This document shows positions 21,258-31,000 of a stretch of DNA of 64,000 nucleotides, in pieces (within the stretch, counting starts at the first letter, position 1; each line of letters begins with the position of its first letter). Source of the stretch: Deltaproteobacteria bacterium. GTDB lineage: Bacteria > Myxococcota_A > Polyangia > Polyangiales > Ga0077539. The translations under genes were made by a program, and so were the position numbers. The notes under the pieces are model-generated. The model had not been told where the DNA came from and did no database searches. It saw only the letters and a program-made list of their open reading frames with translations. The DNA lies in contig CANJUR010000010.1 in the NCBI GenBank assembly GCA_947477565.1, positions 157 to 64,156 on the forward strand, written 5' to 3'.

Positions 21258-21962
21258 ATGAGACCGATCGGCTGGGTACTGCTGGGAGCGACCGCTCTCT
21301 TTCCGGGACCGGTGCTCGCCGTCGGCTGGGGCACCTCGCCGGTGGACATTCCGCTGGGAGACGGCGTCAGCGCGCATCGCGAACCCACCCGCTGCCTCAC
21401 GTTGTACGGCTACCTTCCGGGGTGCGTCGTGTGGCGTCTCGAGGGACTCGCACCGCCGCCCATCGGGCTCGCGCCGCAGGTGCACATGTTCGCGCGAGGG
21501 CCGGGCGCGCGCATCTTCGCGGCGGTCGATAACGGCGTGCTCTTCACCGACGACGGCGGAGCGGTCTGGTCGCGCGCTTCCTGGGACGGAGCGCAGTCAC
21601 CGCGTACGCTGGCCTTCGACGATGCGACCGGCTTCGGGGCCGCTGTCGGCACCGATGGCACCGTCTGGACCAGCGTCGATCGCGGGCAAAGTTGGCGCAC
21701 CCGGCGCAACGTCGGCAACACCTTCGTGGACGTCGCAGTGCTCGGTCAGGTCGTCGCATGGACCAGCATCCACGGCCTCGTGCAGGTCTCCGCAGACGGC
21801 GGCACCTCCGTGCGTACCCTGAGCGAACGCGCGCGCGGACCGATGCCCGTGATGGCCACCTTCCACAACCTGCTCTGGATCCGGATCGACGGCGCGCAAT
21901 GGTGGCGGGTTGATCGCGAGGGCGCGGTCGAGCGCGCCGAGCGGTCGCCGTGGGGCGGCTGA
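21258..21962 (+). CDS. secreted BNR/Ycf48-like beta-propeller protein
   Basis: Only the 3' third of track ORF 20256..21962 looks real. It starts at ATG 21258 with a signal peptide (MRPIGWVLLGATALFPGPVLA). It has BNR-like motifs TDDGGAVWS, SVDRGQSW and SADGGTS. Confidence 0.55.
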   Translation: MRPIGWVLLGATALFPGPVLAVGWGTSPVDIPLGDGVSAHREPTRCLTLYGYLPGCVVWRLEGLAPPPIGLAPQVHMFARGPGARIFAAVDNGVLFTDDGGAVWSRASWDGAQSPRTLAFDDATGFGAAVGTDGTVWTSVDRGQSWRTRRNVGNTFVDVAVLGQVVAWTSIHGLVQVSADGGTSVRTLSERARGPMPVMATFHNLLWIRIDGAQWWRVDREGAVERAERSPWGG

Positions 21963-23968
21963 AGGCCCGATGGCTCGCGGCGCTCGTCGGGGTCTTCGGG
22001 GCGCCCGCGATCGCCCAGGAGCGCATGCCGACCAACGATGATCCCTCCGAAGCGACGGTGCGGGCGCGGGCTCGCGCAAGGGAGATTCATCGCCGCGAGC
22101 TCGACACCACGGAGATGCAGCGCATGCCCGGAACGCGTGGCGATGCACTCCTCGCGGTGCAGAATCTCCCCGGCGTCGGCCGCCCATCCTTTGGCCTCGG
22201 AGCCTTCATCCTCCGTGGTTCAGATCCGACGGACTCGCTCGTCACGCTTGAGTCCCAGCCCTTCGGTCTCCCGTTTCATTTCTACGGTCTCGCCACCACG
22301 CTCGCGACGGACCTCATCGATCGCATCGAGGTGCTGCCGGGCAACTTCTCCGCGCGCTGGGGGCGCGCCGCGGGTGGCGTCGTCAACGTCACGCTCCGCA
22401 GCCCAGCGCGCGACCGGGTGCATGTCACCGCCGATGTCGATCTCGTCGATGCGGGAGCCTACGCGTCGGTTCCGATCGGTCGCCGGAGCGCCCTCGCGGT
22501 GGGTGTGCGTCGCAGCTACGTAGACGCCTGGCTCGGCCTCGCGGGCCTCGGCGGCGGCTTCACCCGACTGCCCCGGTACTGGGATTACCAGGCCATGTAT
22601 GATGCCGATCCGAGCGCCTCCGACAGCGTTCGCTTGATCGTCTCGGGCAGCGACGACGCGCTCGGCTTCTCCCTCGATGCGCCGGATGCCAACGACCCCA
22701 ACCTGCGTCGCAATTCGAGCAGTGCGGTCTCCTTCCACGGCGTCCAGGCCCGCTGGCGCCACCACTGGCACACCGCCGCGCAGCACTCCCTCTCCGTCGC
22801 CGCCTCGACGCAGGACGCCGACGTCTCCGTGGGCAGCGCGATTCGTTACCTCACCACCACCCGGCAAATCTCCCTCCGGGACGAGTTCGAGCTCCGCCTC
22901 GGTCGCTGGGCGCGGCTCTTCGCGGGCATCGACGCCATCCTCGGCGAGACCGCCGCCACGCTCGCGGCGCCACCGCTCAGCGCCAGTGGCATCACCGATC
23001 CGACGGGAGCCACCGGGCTAGCGCGCTACCAGGGCACGCTCGGTTTCTTCAACCCCGCCGCCCATGCGGAGGTCGAACTCGACGACGCACGCCGTTGGCG
23101 CGCCCTCCTGGGCGTTCGCGTGGATCGCTTCTCCCGGGCCGACGCGGTCACCGTTGATCCCCGCGTCTCGGGCCTCTGGCGGGCGCACCCGCGGCTCGGC
23201 GTGCGCGGGGCGTTCGGGTCGTACAGCACCATACCGCGCGGGTACGTGGTGATTCCCGGATTCGGCAACCCCGATCTGGGCCCCGAGCGTTGGTGGCACG
23301 GAACCGTAGGATTACAGATCGAGGTAATCCCTGGCGCGCTGGAGCTTACCGCGGATGTATTTGCGAAGTGGGGCGTCGGCACTGCGGCGCCCTCGGTGCG
23401 CACCGTGGTGCGCGACGGGCAGGAGACCCCAGAGCGCTTCGCCAACACCGGGGCCGCGCGGGTGATCGGCGCCGAGTGGTGGCTGCGCCTTCGCGCGGGG
23501 CGACTGCCGCTGTACGGCTGGCTCTCGTACACGTACCAGCGGGCCGAGCGCCGAGACGCGCCGGGCCTCTCCTGGCAGCCATCGACGTGGGATCAGCCGC
23601 ACCTACTGTCGTTCATCCTCGGGGCGGCTCTTCCGCGGGGGTGGGAGGTCGGGGCGCGGCTGCGTTGGGCGTCGGGACTGCCCGAGCCGGTGGTGACCGG
23701 CGCGCTGATCGACAGCGATCACGACGTGGCGCTCTCCTGGGTGGACCCGCAGCGCACCGGACGCCTGCCGGACACGTGGACCGTCGATCTGCGTGCGGCG
23801 AAGCGGTTTCGGTGGGGTCCGCTGCGGATGCAGTTCATCGCGGAGGTGCTCAACGCGACCAACCAGGCCAACGCCGAGTCGCGCATCTACGCCTGGGACC
23901 GTCGCCGTAGCGTGTTCGTCACGGGGCTGCCGATCGTGCCGAGCGTGGGTCTCCGCGCGGAGTACTGA
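21950..23968 (+). CDS. TonB-dependent receptor
   Basis: 672 aa with a signal peptide ending APAIAQE. Has the plug motif MQRMPGTRGDALLAVQNLPGV and a long beta-barrel. The C-terminus is ...VGLRAEY, with an aromatic last residue. Confidence 0.8.
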   Translation: MGRLKARWLAALVGVFGAPAIAQERMPTNDDPSEATVRARARAREIHRRELDTTEMQRMPGTRGDALLAVQNLPGVGRPSFGLGAFILRGSDPTDSLVTLESQPFGLPFHFYGLATTLATDLIDRIEVLPGNFSARWGRAAGGVVNVTLRSPARDRVHVTADVDLVDAGAYASVPIGRRSALAVGVRRSYVDAWLGLAGLGGGFTRLPRYWDYQAMYDADPSASDSVRLIVSGSDDALGFSLDAPDANDPNLRRNSSSAVSFHGVQARWRHHWHTAAQHSLSVAASTQDADVSVGSAIRYLTTTRQISLRDEFELRLGRWARLFAGIDAILGETAATLAAPPLSASGITDPTGATGLARYQGTLGFFNPAAHAEVELDDARRWRALLGVRVDRFSRADAVTVDPRVSGLWRAHPRLGVRGAFGSYSTIPRGYVVIPGFGNPDLGPERWWHGTVGLQIEVIPGALELTADVFAKWGVGTAAPSVRTVVRDGQETPERFANTGAARVIGAEWWLRLRAGRLPLYGWLSYTYQRAERRDAPGLSWQPSTWDQPHLLSFILGAALPRGWEVGARLRWASGLPEPVVTGALIDSDHDVALSWVDPQRTGRLPDTWTVDLRAAKRFRWGPLRMQFIAEVLNATNQANAESRIYAWDRRRSVFVTGLPIVPSVGLRAEY

Positions 23969-23987
23969 ACTCGGCTCGTAAAGCTCG

Positions 23988-24863
23988 GTGGGCGTGCTAC
24001 TCGTCCCCGCTATGACCGTGTTTTTTCGGACGACCGGGACCATGGGCGGCCCCGAGTTTTTCGTGCGGCCCACCTCGCGTTCGCTGCGCGCGGTGCGCAT
24101 CCCGGTGATCGTCGCGGTGGTGGAGAGACCCGACGGACTGGTGCTCATTGACACCGGATGGAGCCGTCGCACCTGCGCGTTTCCCGATGACGATCCAGGG
24201 CTCGTGAATCGTCTGTTGCTGGGCCTCGCGGTGAAGCCCGAAGACGCCCTCGCGTCGCAGTTGATTTCCCAGGGCTACACGCCCGCGGATGTTCGCCATG
24301 TCGTGGCGACGCACCTGCACGCCGACCACGTTGGGGGTGTGGTGGACTTCGATCGCGCGACGGTGCACGTCCATGCGCGGGAGATCGATGCTGCCGCGAC
24401 GGGACTCCGCGGCGGCTACACCCCGGCGGTGCGCTCGCTGCCGCGCGTGAATCCGTACACGCTCGATGGTCCGCCTGCGCTGGGTTTTCCCTTCTCGAAG
24501 GATCTCTTCGGCGACGGCACGGTGCTGCTGCTCGACGGACGCGGGCACACCGCGGGCTCGATCGTCGTTGCGGTGAAGCTCCAGGAGGGCTGGTGCCTTC
24601 ACGCGGGCGATGCGGCGCAATACGTGGGTGAGTATCGCGCGGACGACAGCGCCCCGCCGAGCCTCTACGCCCGCGCGATGAGCTGGAACCTCGGCGAGCA
24701 GCGACGCACCTACGGTCTCTTGCGCGACGCGGAGAGATCCGCGGAGGCGAGGGTGGTGGTCTCGCATGATCCTGAGTTGTTGAACGCGCTACCGACCACG
24801 AAGGAGACGGCGTGGGCGTGTGCGTGGGACAAGCGCAAGGCGGCCCCGAAGCCGAAGCGCTGA
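23988..24863 (+). CDS. MBL-fold metallo-hydrolase
   Basis: Carries the HxHxDH motif (THLHADHVGG) and a later GHTAGS. The start codon is uncertain. Confidence 0.8.
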   Translation: MGVLLVPAMTVFFRTTGTMGGPEFFVRPTSRSLRAVRIPVIVAVVERPDGLVLIDTGWSRRTCAFPDDDPGLVNRLLLGLAVKPEDALASQLISQGYTPADVRHVVATHLHADHVGGVVDFDRATVHVHAREIDAAATGLRGGYTPAVRSLPRVNPYTLDGPPALGFPFSKDLFGDGTVLLLDGRGHTAGSIVVAVKLQEGWCLHAGDAAQYVGEYRADDSAPPSLYARAMSWNLGEQRRTYGLLRDAERSAEARVVVSHDPELLNALPTTKETAWACAWDKRKAAPKPKR

Positions 24864-24870
24864 CCACCGC

Positions 24871-25743
24871 TCAGGCTACCTGCGTGTGCGCGTCGAGAAA
24901 CCCTCGGAGGGCTGCGGAGAGGGCGTCCGGGGCCGTCCAATGGGCCATGTGTCCTGCTCCAGGAATCTTCGCGAAGCGCACGCCCGGGTAGCTGCGCGCT
25001 CGCTCGGCGAGTTCGGGGAAATCCGCGAGGCTGCCGCCGTCGACCATGAGCACGGGGCAGGTGATGCGCGCGACGAACGCCTCGAAAGCCTCTGCGTCGT
25101 AGCGCATCGGCGAGAGGGTCATGTGCATCGGATCGAAGCGGAAGACGAGCCCGCCATCGTCGGCCTTGCAGGTGGCGCGCGAGGCCATGATTCGCAGTGT
25201 TTCAAGCGGCACGGCTGGGTGCGACATGCGCATGCGGGCGACGACTTCGTCGAGCGAGCGTATCGTGTGGGGAACGCGCGTGCGGGCCTTCTTCAGGGCG
25301 TTGAGCCAGCCGAGGGTTCGATCGGGCGTGACGTCGGCGGGCATCGCGGGAGGGCCGACGCCCTCGATCAAAGCGAGCGTGGTGACGCGTTCGGGGCGGA
25401 CGCCGGCGTAGCGGGTCGCGACGGTTCCGCCCATGGAGTGGGCGACGAGATGGACGCGGTCGAGGTCGAGCGCGTCGAGGAGGTCGTCGAGGTCGGCGAC
25501 GTAGTCCATCGCGTGGTAGTACCCGCCCGGGGGTACGCGGGCGGTGTCGCCGTGGCCCCGGAAATCCGGGGCAAAGACGCGGTAGCCCGCGGAGCCGAGC
25601 GCGGTGATGACTTCAGTGAACGAGCGCGCGAGGTCGAGGTAGCCATGCAAGAGCACCACGGTGCCTCGCTCACCCGCGGGGTGCTCGATCACGTGGTGTT
25701 GCAGCCCGTTGGCGAGGACGAAGCGATCGATGAGGGTGGTCAT
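24871..25743 (-). CDS. alpha/beta hydrolase
   Basis: 290 aa with VVLLHGY, the nucleophile elbow VAHSMGG and a C-terminal GAGHMAHW. Confidence 0.8.
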   Translation of the reverse strand: MTTLIDRFVLANGLQHHVIEHPAGERGTVVLLHGYLDLARSFTEVITALGSAGYRVFAPDFRGHGDTARVPPGGYYHAMDYVADLDDLLDALDLDRVHLVAHSMGGTVATRYAGVRPERVTTLALIEGVGPPAMPADVTPDRTLGWLNALKKARTRVPHTIRSLDEVVARMRMSHPAVPLETLRIMASRATCKADDGGLVFRFDPMHMTLSPMRYDAEAFEAFVARITCPVLMVDGGSLADFPELAERARSYPGVRFAKIPGAGHMAHWTAPDALSAALRGFLDAHTQVA

Positions 25744-26858
25744 CCGGGGCGGTGCTTTCGAAAGCGCTCGGGGGCGATGGCGTCGAGGAGCCGATGTCGT
25801 CGGCCATCAACGATGAGGTCGCGCACGATCTCGGCCGTGATCGGCGCGAGGAGGATGCCGCTGCGGTGGTGGCCCGCTGCGACGTAGAGGCCGTGCACGC
25901 CGAGCCCGCCGACGAAGGGCAGCCCATCGGGTGAGCGCGGTCGAAAGCTCGACCAGGTGCGCGTCACCTCAGCGTCGCCGAGGGCGGGTACGGCATCGAT
26001 GGCGCGGTCGAGCAGAGTGCGAATACCAGCCGCGGTGGTGCCGCGGGCGAAGCCAACCATCTCCATGGTGCTGCCGACGCAGACGCGTCCGTCCGATCGC
26101 GGCAAGAGGTAACCGCCGCCGGCGAAGAGCACTGGGCCGAAGGGAACCGGGCTCAGCGCGAGTTCGGCGAGTTGTCCCCTGGCGGGCCTGATCTGCTGCG
26201 AGTCGTCGAGCGCGCCCGCGACCTGTTCGCTCCATGCGCCCGCACAGAGAACAACCACCTCGGCGCTACGGGTCGCGTGGTCGGTGCGCACGCCCGTGAC
26301 GCGCCCGCTGCTCTGCATCACCTCGCGCACCGTCGCACCGTGCTCGAACTGAACACCCTTCCTCGCTGCGGCCTCGATCGCGCTTGCCATCAGCTTCGGC
26401 GGGTCTACGGAAGCATCCTCAGGGAAGAACACACCACTGGTGAATCGCGCGTGCAGTCCAGGCGCGAGCGCGCGGGTCGCCGACGCGTCGAGCGACTCGA
26501 GCCGAAGTCCCCGTGTCCGCTGCCAGAGGTGCGCCGCGAGGTGATCTGCGTGATCGCCCTCGGTGGTGGGGATGAGCGTACCGTTTTGTCGGTATCCGCT
26601 GCCGCCGCCCGTCAGTCCGATGAGTTCCTGATTCAACGTTGCGTGTAGCGCCCGACTAGCCAGGCCCAGCTCCAGGATCGGTCCGGATTCGATCGCCTCG
26701 GATTGCGCCGCGAGGATGCCCGCTCCTGCGGAAGAGGACTCCGCGCCGGGATGGTCGCGGTCGAGCACTCGCACCGGCAGACCGGCCTCCGCGAGTCGCA
26801 GCGCGATCAGTGCGCCGACGAGACCTCCACCGACGACCAGCACGGACTCGCTCATCAC
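25740..26858 (-). CDS. FAD-dependent oxidoreductase (glycine oxidase ThiO / D-amino-acid oxidase family)
   Basis: 372 aa with an N-terminal VLVVGGGLVGALIALRLAEAG Rossmann motif. Its stop overlaps the downstream hydrolase start by 4 nt. The specific ThiO assignment is unproven. Confidence 0.7.
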   Translation of the reverse strand: MMSESVLVVGGGLVGALIALRLAEAGLPVRVLDRDHPGAESSSAGAGILAAQSEAIESGPILELGLASRALHATLNQELIGLTGGGSGYRQNGTLIPTTEGDHADHLAAHLWQRTRGLRLESLDASATRALAPGLHARFTSGVFFPEDASVDPPKLMASAIEAAARKGVQFEHGATVREVMQSSGRVTGVRTDHATRSAEVVVLCAGAWSEQVAGALDDSQQIRPARGQLAELALSPVPFGPVLFAGGGYLLPRSDGRVCVGSTMEMVGFARGTTAAGIRTLLDRAIDAVPALGDAEVTRTWSSFRPRSPDGLPFVGGLGVHGLYVAAGHHRSGILLAPITAEIVRDLIVDGRRHRLLDAIAPERFRKHRPG

Positions 26859-27074
26859 AACACTCCTCGGCCGATCTCTCGTGGCGCGGCAAACTAGGGC
26901 AGCACGGGGCGCATCGCAAACGTCTGCGTTGCTGCGGTTCCATTCGTCCGCAACGGCCCAGTTTGATCGATTTTTCCCGATCGGCGTGGACGTGCGAGAC
27001 CCCGGGCCTCGCGATGCATCTCACCCGTCGAGCCCGAATACGAATCGACCGCCGACGGACCCCGAAAGGACGAC

Positions 27075-27728
27075 ATGAGCGAGAGCCAGCACGGTCGCGC
27101 AGATCTCAACAGCCTCCACGTCGAGGCGAGTTCACCGTTGCCCACCCGGCACGGCACCTTCGAGGTCTACGTCTTTCGCTACGACGACGACCCCGACAAA
27201 GAACATCTCGCGATCGTCTCCGGCGGCGTCCGTGGGGCGAGCGACGTCGCGGTACGTGTTCACTCTGAGTGCCTCACGAGCGAGGTGCTGGGCTCGCTCA
27301 AATGCGACTGTCGTGAGCAACTCGAGTTTTCGCTGGGCTACATCGCGCGACAGTCCCCCGGGGTGGTGCTCTACCTGCGCCAGGAGGGGCGGGGAATTGG
27401 CCTCACCAACAAGATTCGGGCGTACGCGTTGCAGTCGCATGGGGTTGATACGGTCGATGCGAATCGCCAGTTGGGGTTGCCCGACGACACCCGACGTTAC
27501 GAGAGCGCGGCGGCGATGCTGGAGCATCTCGGAGTGCGCTCGGTGCGCTTGTTGACGAACAATCCCGAGAAGATTTCGGCGCTCCGGGCGCTCGGTGTCG
27601 TGGTGCGTGAGAGGGTTCCGGTGCTCATCGAGCCCAACGCGCACTCACGCGGATATCTACGCACCAAGGTTGTTCGGATGAATCACAGCCTGCCGCAGGT
27701 CGCGGCGGCCTACACAGACGCGAAGTAG
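27075..27728 (+). CDS. ribA: GTP cyclohydrolase II
   Basis: 217 aa with VRVHSECLTSEVLGSLKCDCREQL (the zinc Cys triad region) and LYLRQEGRGIGLTNK. Confidence 0.9.
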   Translation: MSESQHGRADLNSLHVEASSPLPTRHGTFEVYVFRYDDDPDKEHLAIVSGGVRGASDVAVRVHSECLTSEVLGSLKCDCREQLEFSLGYIARQSPGVVLYLRQEGRGIGLTNKIRAYALQSHGVDTVDANRQLGLPDDTRRYESAAAMLEHLGVRSVRLLTNNPEKISALRALGVVVRERVPVLIEPNAHSRGYLRTKVVRMNHSLPQVAAAYTDAK

Positions 27729-27732
27729 AGGT

Positions 27733-28062
27733 TCACCAGTCCGTGGGCTGACCGTGACGACCGTCGTGGGGAATCGGCACCTGCGGCGTCGGCCCTGCGA
27801 ACTGAGGATCGCGCTCGGACGGACTGGCTGACTCGTTCACGCGGAACTCATCGCGCCCGATTCCGCCTGAAAGCGAAGCGCCCACTCGATCACCCCCGAT
27901 GCCGCGCGCCACCGCCCCACTCATCCCGCCGCCGAAGGCCCCACTGGCCGCTCGCGTCGACGCGCTGCCTGTGAGCTGTGGTGCGCCGGTGTTCGCGCAT
28001 CCAGCCGAGAGGCACGAGGACACTGCGAGGACACCGAGAGCCTGAGTGAACTTCATGGTCAT
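27733..28062 (-). CDS. small Gly/Ser/Ala-rich lipoprotein
   Basis: 109 aa with a lipobox (CLSAGC). The mature part is low-complexity and Gly-rich. It starts 9 nt downstream of the stop of the 1232-aa activator, on the same strand. Confidence 0.5.
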   Translation of the reverse strand: MTMKFTQALGVLAVSSCLSAGCANTGAPQLTGSASTRAASGAFGGGMSGAVARGIGGDRVGASLSGGIGRDEFRVNESASPSERDPQFAGPTPQVPIPHDGRHGQPTDW

Positions 28063-28070
28063 TGAGTGTC

Positions 28071-31000
28071 CTAGGGTGCAGAACCCTTGGCAAGCCCGTA
28101 TTCCCGCACCAGTTGAGACAACCGCGGGCGCTTCATTCCCAGCAGCGTGGCGGCGTGGGTGATGTTGCCGCCGGCCTCCTCAAGTGCCTGCGCGATGCAG
28201 CCGCGCTCGATCTCCCGGCGCATGTCGAAGAGCGCCACACCTCCAGCGCGGATGCGCTGATAGACCAGATCGATCTCGTTAAACGAAGTAGTCGGCGGGG
28301 GAGGGGGCATGCCCGGTTGGCTGGCGGTCAGCGTGACGCGCGGCACGTCCGGCAGGCCTTGCAGATCTTCCGGGCTCAGGTCTTCGGTCTCCGCGAGCAG
28401 CGCGCTGGCCCGTAGAACGTTCTCCAACTCTCGCACGTTGCCGGGCCAGGCGTGCTCGCTCAGCCGACGCAGCGACGCCGTGGTCAGGCGTCGCGGGCGT
28501 GTCCCCGATTCAACCGCCGCGCGCTCCAGAAACCACGCCGCCAGCGTCGGTAGATCATCCCGACGATCGCGCAGCGGCGGCAGCTTGATGGTGAGCGAGC
28601 TCAGCCGGAAAAATAGGTCTTCGCGAAACGTTCGCGCGGCAACCATCGCGTCGAGGTCGCGGTTGGTCGCGGCCAGCACTCGCACGTCCACCCGGAGCGT
28701 CTCGTTGCCTCCGACGCGCTCGAACGATCGCTCTTGCAGCACCCGTAGCAGCGCCGCTTGCGTGGCTGGCGACACGTCGCCGATTTCGTCGAGGAAGATC
28801 GTCCCTCCGTCGGCGATCTCGAAGCGCCCTCGTCGCCGTCGATCGGCGCCCGTGAAGGCACCGCGCTCGTGTCCGAAAAGCTCACTCAGCAGCACGCCCT
28901 CTGCGAGCGCCGCGCAGTTCACCTTGACCAGTGGGCCCTCGCGCCTTCGCGACCCACGATGCAGTGCCTCCGCAACGCGCTCCTTGCCGGTGCCCGACTC
29001 GCCCTGAATCAACACCGTCACGTCCTGAGGCGACACTCGTAAGATTCGCCGGCGTAGCTCGCGCATCGCGGCGCTGTCCCCGATCAGCCCCGTGGGCTCC
29101 ATGGTCGGCGTCGCGATGCTTACCCGCGGCGCCATCGTCACGGCGATCACCGGGGCGGCGTAGGTCTCCAGCCGCGCCTCGAGCAGTGCGATGCCCGTGC
29201 GCTCAAGCTGCGCTCCAAAGCCGGGCCGCAGCGCGTCCGGAACCGCCCCGAGGATCGTCGCCCGAAGCGACGCCGCTCGCTCCACGTGTCGCCGCGCGGT
29301 GAGCACATCACCCCGGTGCAGAAGCGCGGTCGACACCAGCACTTCCGCGCGAAACTGTAGCTCCCGATCGCCGACCGACTCCGCGCGCTCGAGCGCCCTT
29401 CTCGCCGTCGGGAGGCCGTCGTGACCGCGCGCTCGCTCCCACTCTGCCTCGAAGGCCGCGCGCTCCGCCCGGGTTCGCGGCGACACCTCCTCGCCGTCCG
29501 GAACCTCGCTCAAAAGCTGCCCCGCCCGAGCGACGTCGCCGTCCAACAGTGCCGCCCGCGTCAGCAGCAGCCGCGCCCCTGCCAGCCGTTCGCTGTCCCC
29601 GGCCGCCGCGAAGTGCCTCGCCGCCTCGCGCGCCGACTCCGCCGCAGCGTCCGCCCGGCCCTCCACCAACTCGACCTGCGCGCGCAGCATCCGCGACTCC
29701 GCCGCGAGAGATCCGGTCAGCCCGCGGGCCACCCGCGCCGCGTGCTCGCACAGCCGTCGCGCCCGATCGCTCGCTCCCACCTGCGCGTAGAGTTCACCCA
29801 GATTGTTGGCGACCCGCGCGACAAAGCGGCGATTACCAACCCTGGTAAGAATCTCGAGTGCCTCCTGGTATGAGCGCAGCGCGTCGCCGTAGCGGCCCTG
29901 CAGGTGCGCCACGACTGCCTCGTTCTCGAGCAGTACGCCTTGCAACATCATCGATCCGCCGCGCAGCGCCACCGCTCGTGCCTCGGCAAAGCGCCGCTGC
30001 GCCTCATCCAGATCGTCCCGCCAGATCGCGACGACTCCGAGGTTGATCAACCCCCGTAGGAGTTCATCCTGCGATCGCCGCGCACGGGCCAGAACCAGCG
30101 ACTCCTCGGTCCAGGCCTGACCACGGTCAAAGTCGCGGCGGACGAGCAGCACCTTCGTCACGACGTTGCGCGCCTCGGCGATGCGCTTCGGATCCGTGGT
30201 TCGCGCGATGGCGTCCATGGCGAGGCGCTCAGCCTCCTCGAAGCGGCCTTGCTGGTACCGGAGTTCGGCGCGGCTGAGCAGCACCATCGCCCGCTGTTCG
30301 TCGTCGCCGGGAGACAGGTTTGTCTCCGCCTGCTCGAGCGCCCTCTCGGCCCGCGCCAGGTCGCCTTCGCTCAACGCGATCACCGCCTCGAGCCGGGCGA
30401 GTTCGGCGTCGCTGGGGTTCGCCTCGCGTGCCCGCAGCACGTGTCCGCGCGCCTCTTTTTCCGAGCCCGCAGCGCGGGCGGCGGCGACCGCCAGCGTGGC
30501 GATTTCCTTTAGCGCGGTGGCGTCCGCGATCTGTGCGCACGCCTCGAGTAGGGCCAGCGCCGACGCCGGCGCATGCCGTTGCAGCAGCGATCGCGCGACC
30601 TCCAGGGATTCGCCGACAAGCCCCGCGCCGGCCCCCCCGGCGAGGCGGTGGAGCACCACTTCCTCCGGGGTCGCGCGGCCCCACTCCGCGAGGGCTACCC
30701 CGAGCCGCGCGCGGATCGCCGCGCACTCCGCGTCGGCATACCCGGCGAGTACGCGCGCCCCGTCGTCGTGACGCGCGAGTCCCACCACCACGTCGCCCAC
30801 GGTCGGGTCGAGCGTGCGGCGTGCGAGGTCGGCTCCGACCAACGGCGGCACCGCGCGATGCACCGACGGAGCATCGACCCCGATGGTGGCCGCGAGCACG
30901 AGCACGGGCAGCGGTCGGTCTGCCAGCGCGAGCGTCGCCACCACGCGTCGCGGAACCTCTCCGAGTTCATCCATCCGCGAGCGCACCTCGTCGCCCCGCG

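Noticed and set aside
23307-23328. Perfect 7-bp inverted repeat GGATTAC-N8-GTAATCC in an AT-richer patch.
   Set aside because: It lies inside the well-supported TonB-dependent receptor coding sequence (…GTVGLQIEVIPGALE…). It is isolated, and there is no evidence of function.
26859-27074. Possible FMN (RFN) riboswitch upstream of ribA, or TPP riboswitch upstream of the divergent ThiO-like gene.
   Set aside because: I could not find the conserved cores in either orientation. For RFN those are GGGGCAGGGUGAAAUUCCC, ACCGGCGGU and AGUCUGGAUG, and for TPP they are CUGAGA and ACCUGAUCUGGAUAAUGCCAGCG. Only generic GC-rich hairpins are present. A cmscan would settle it.
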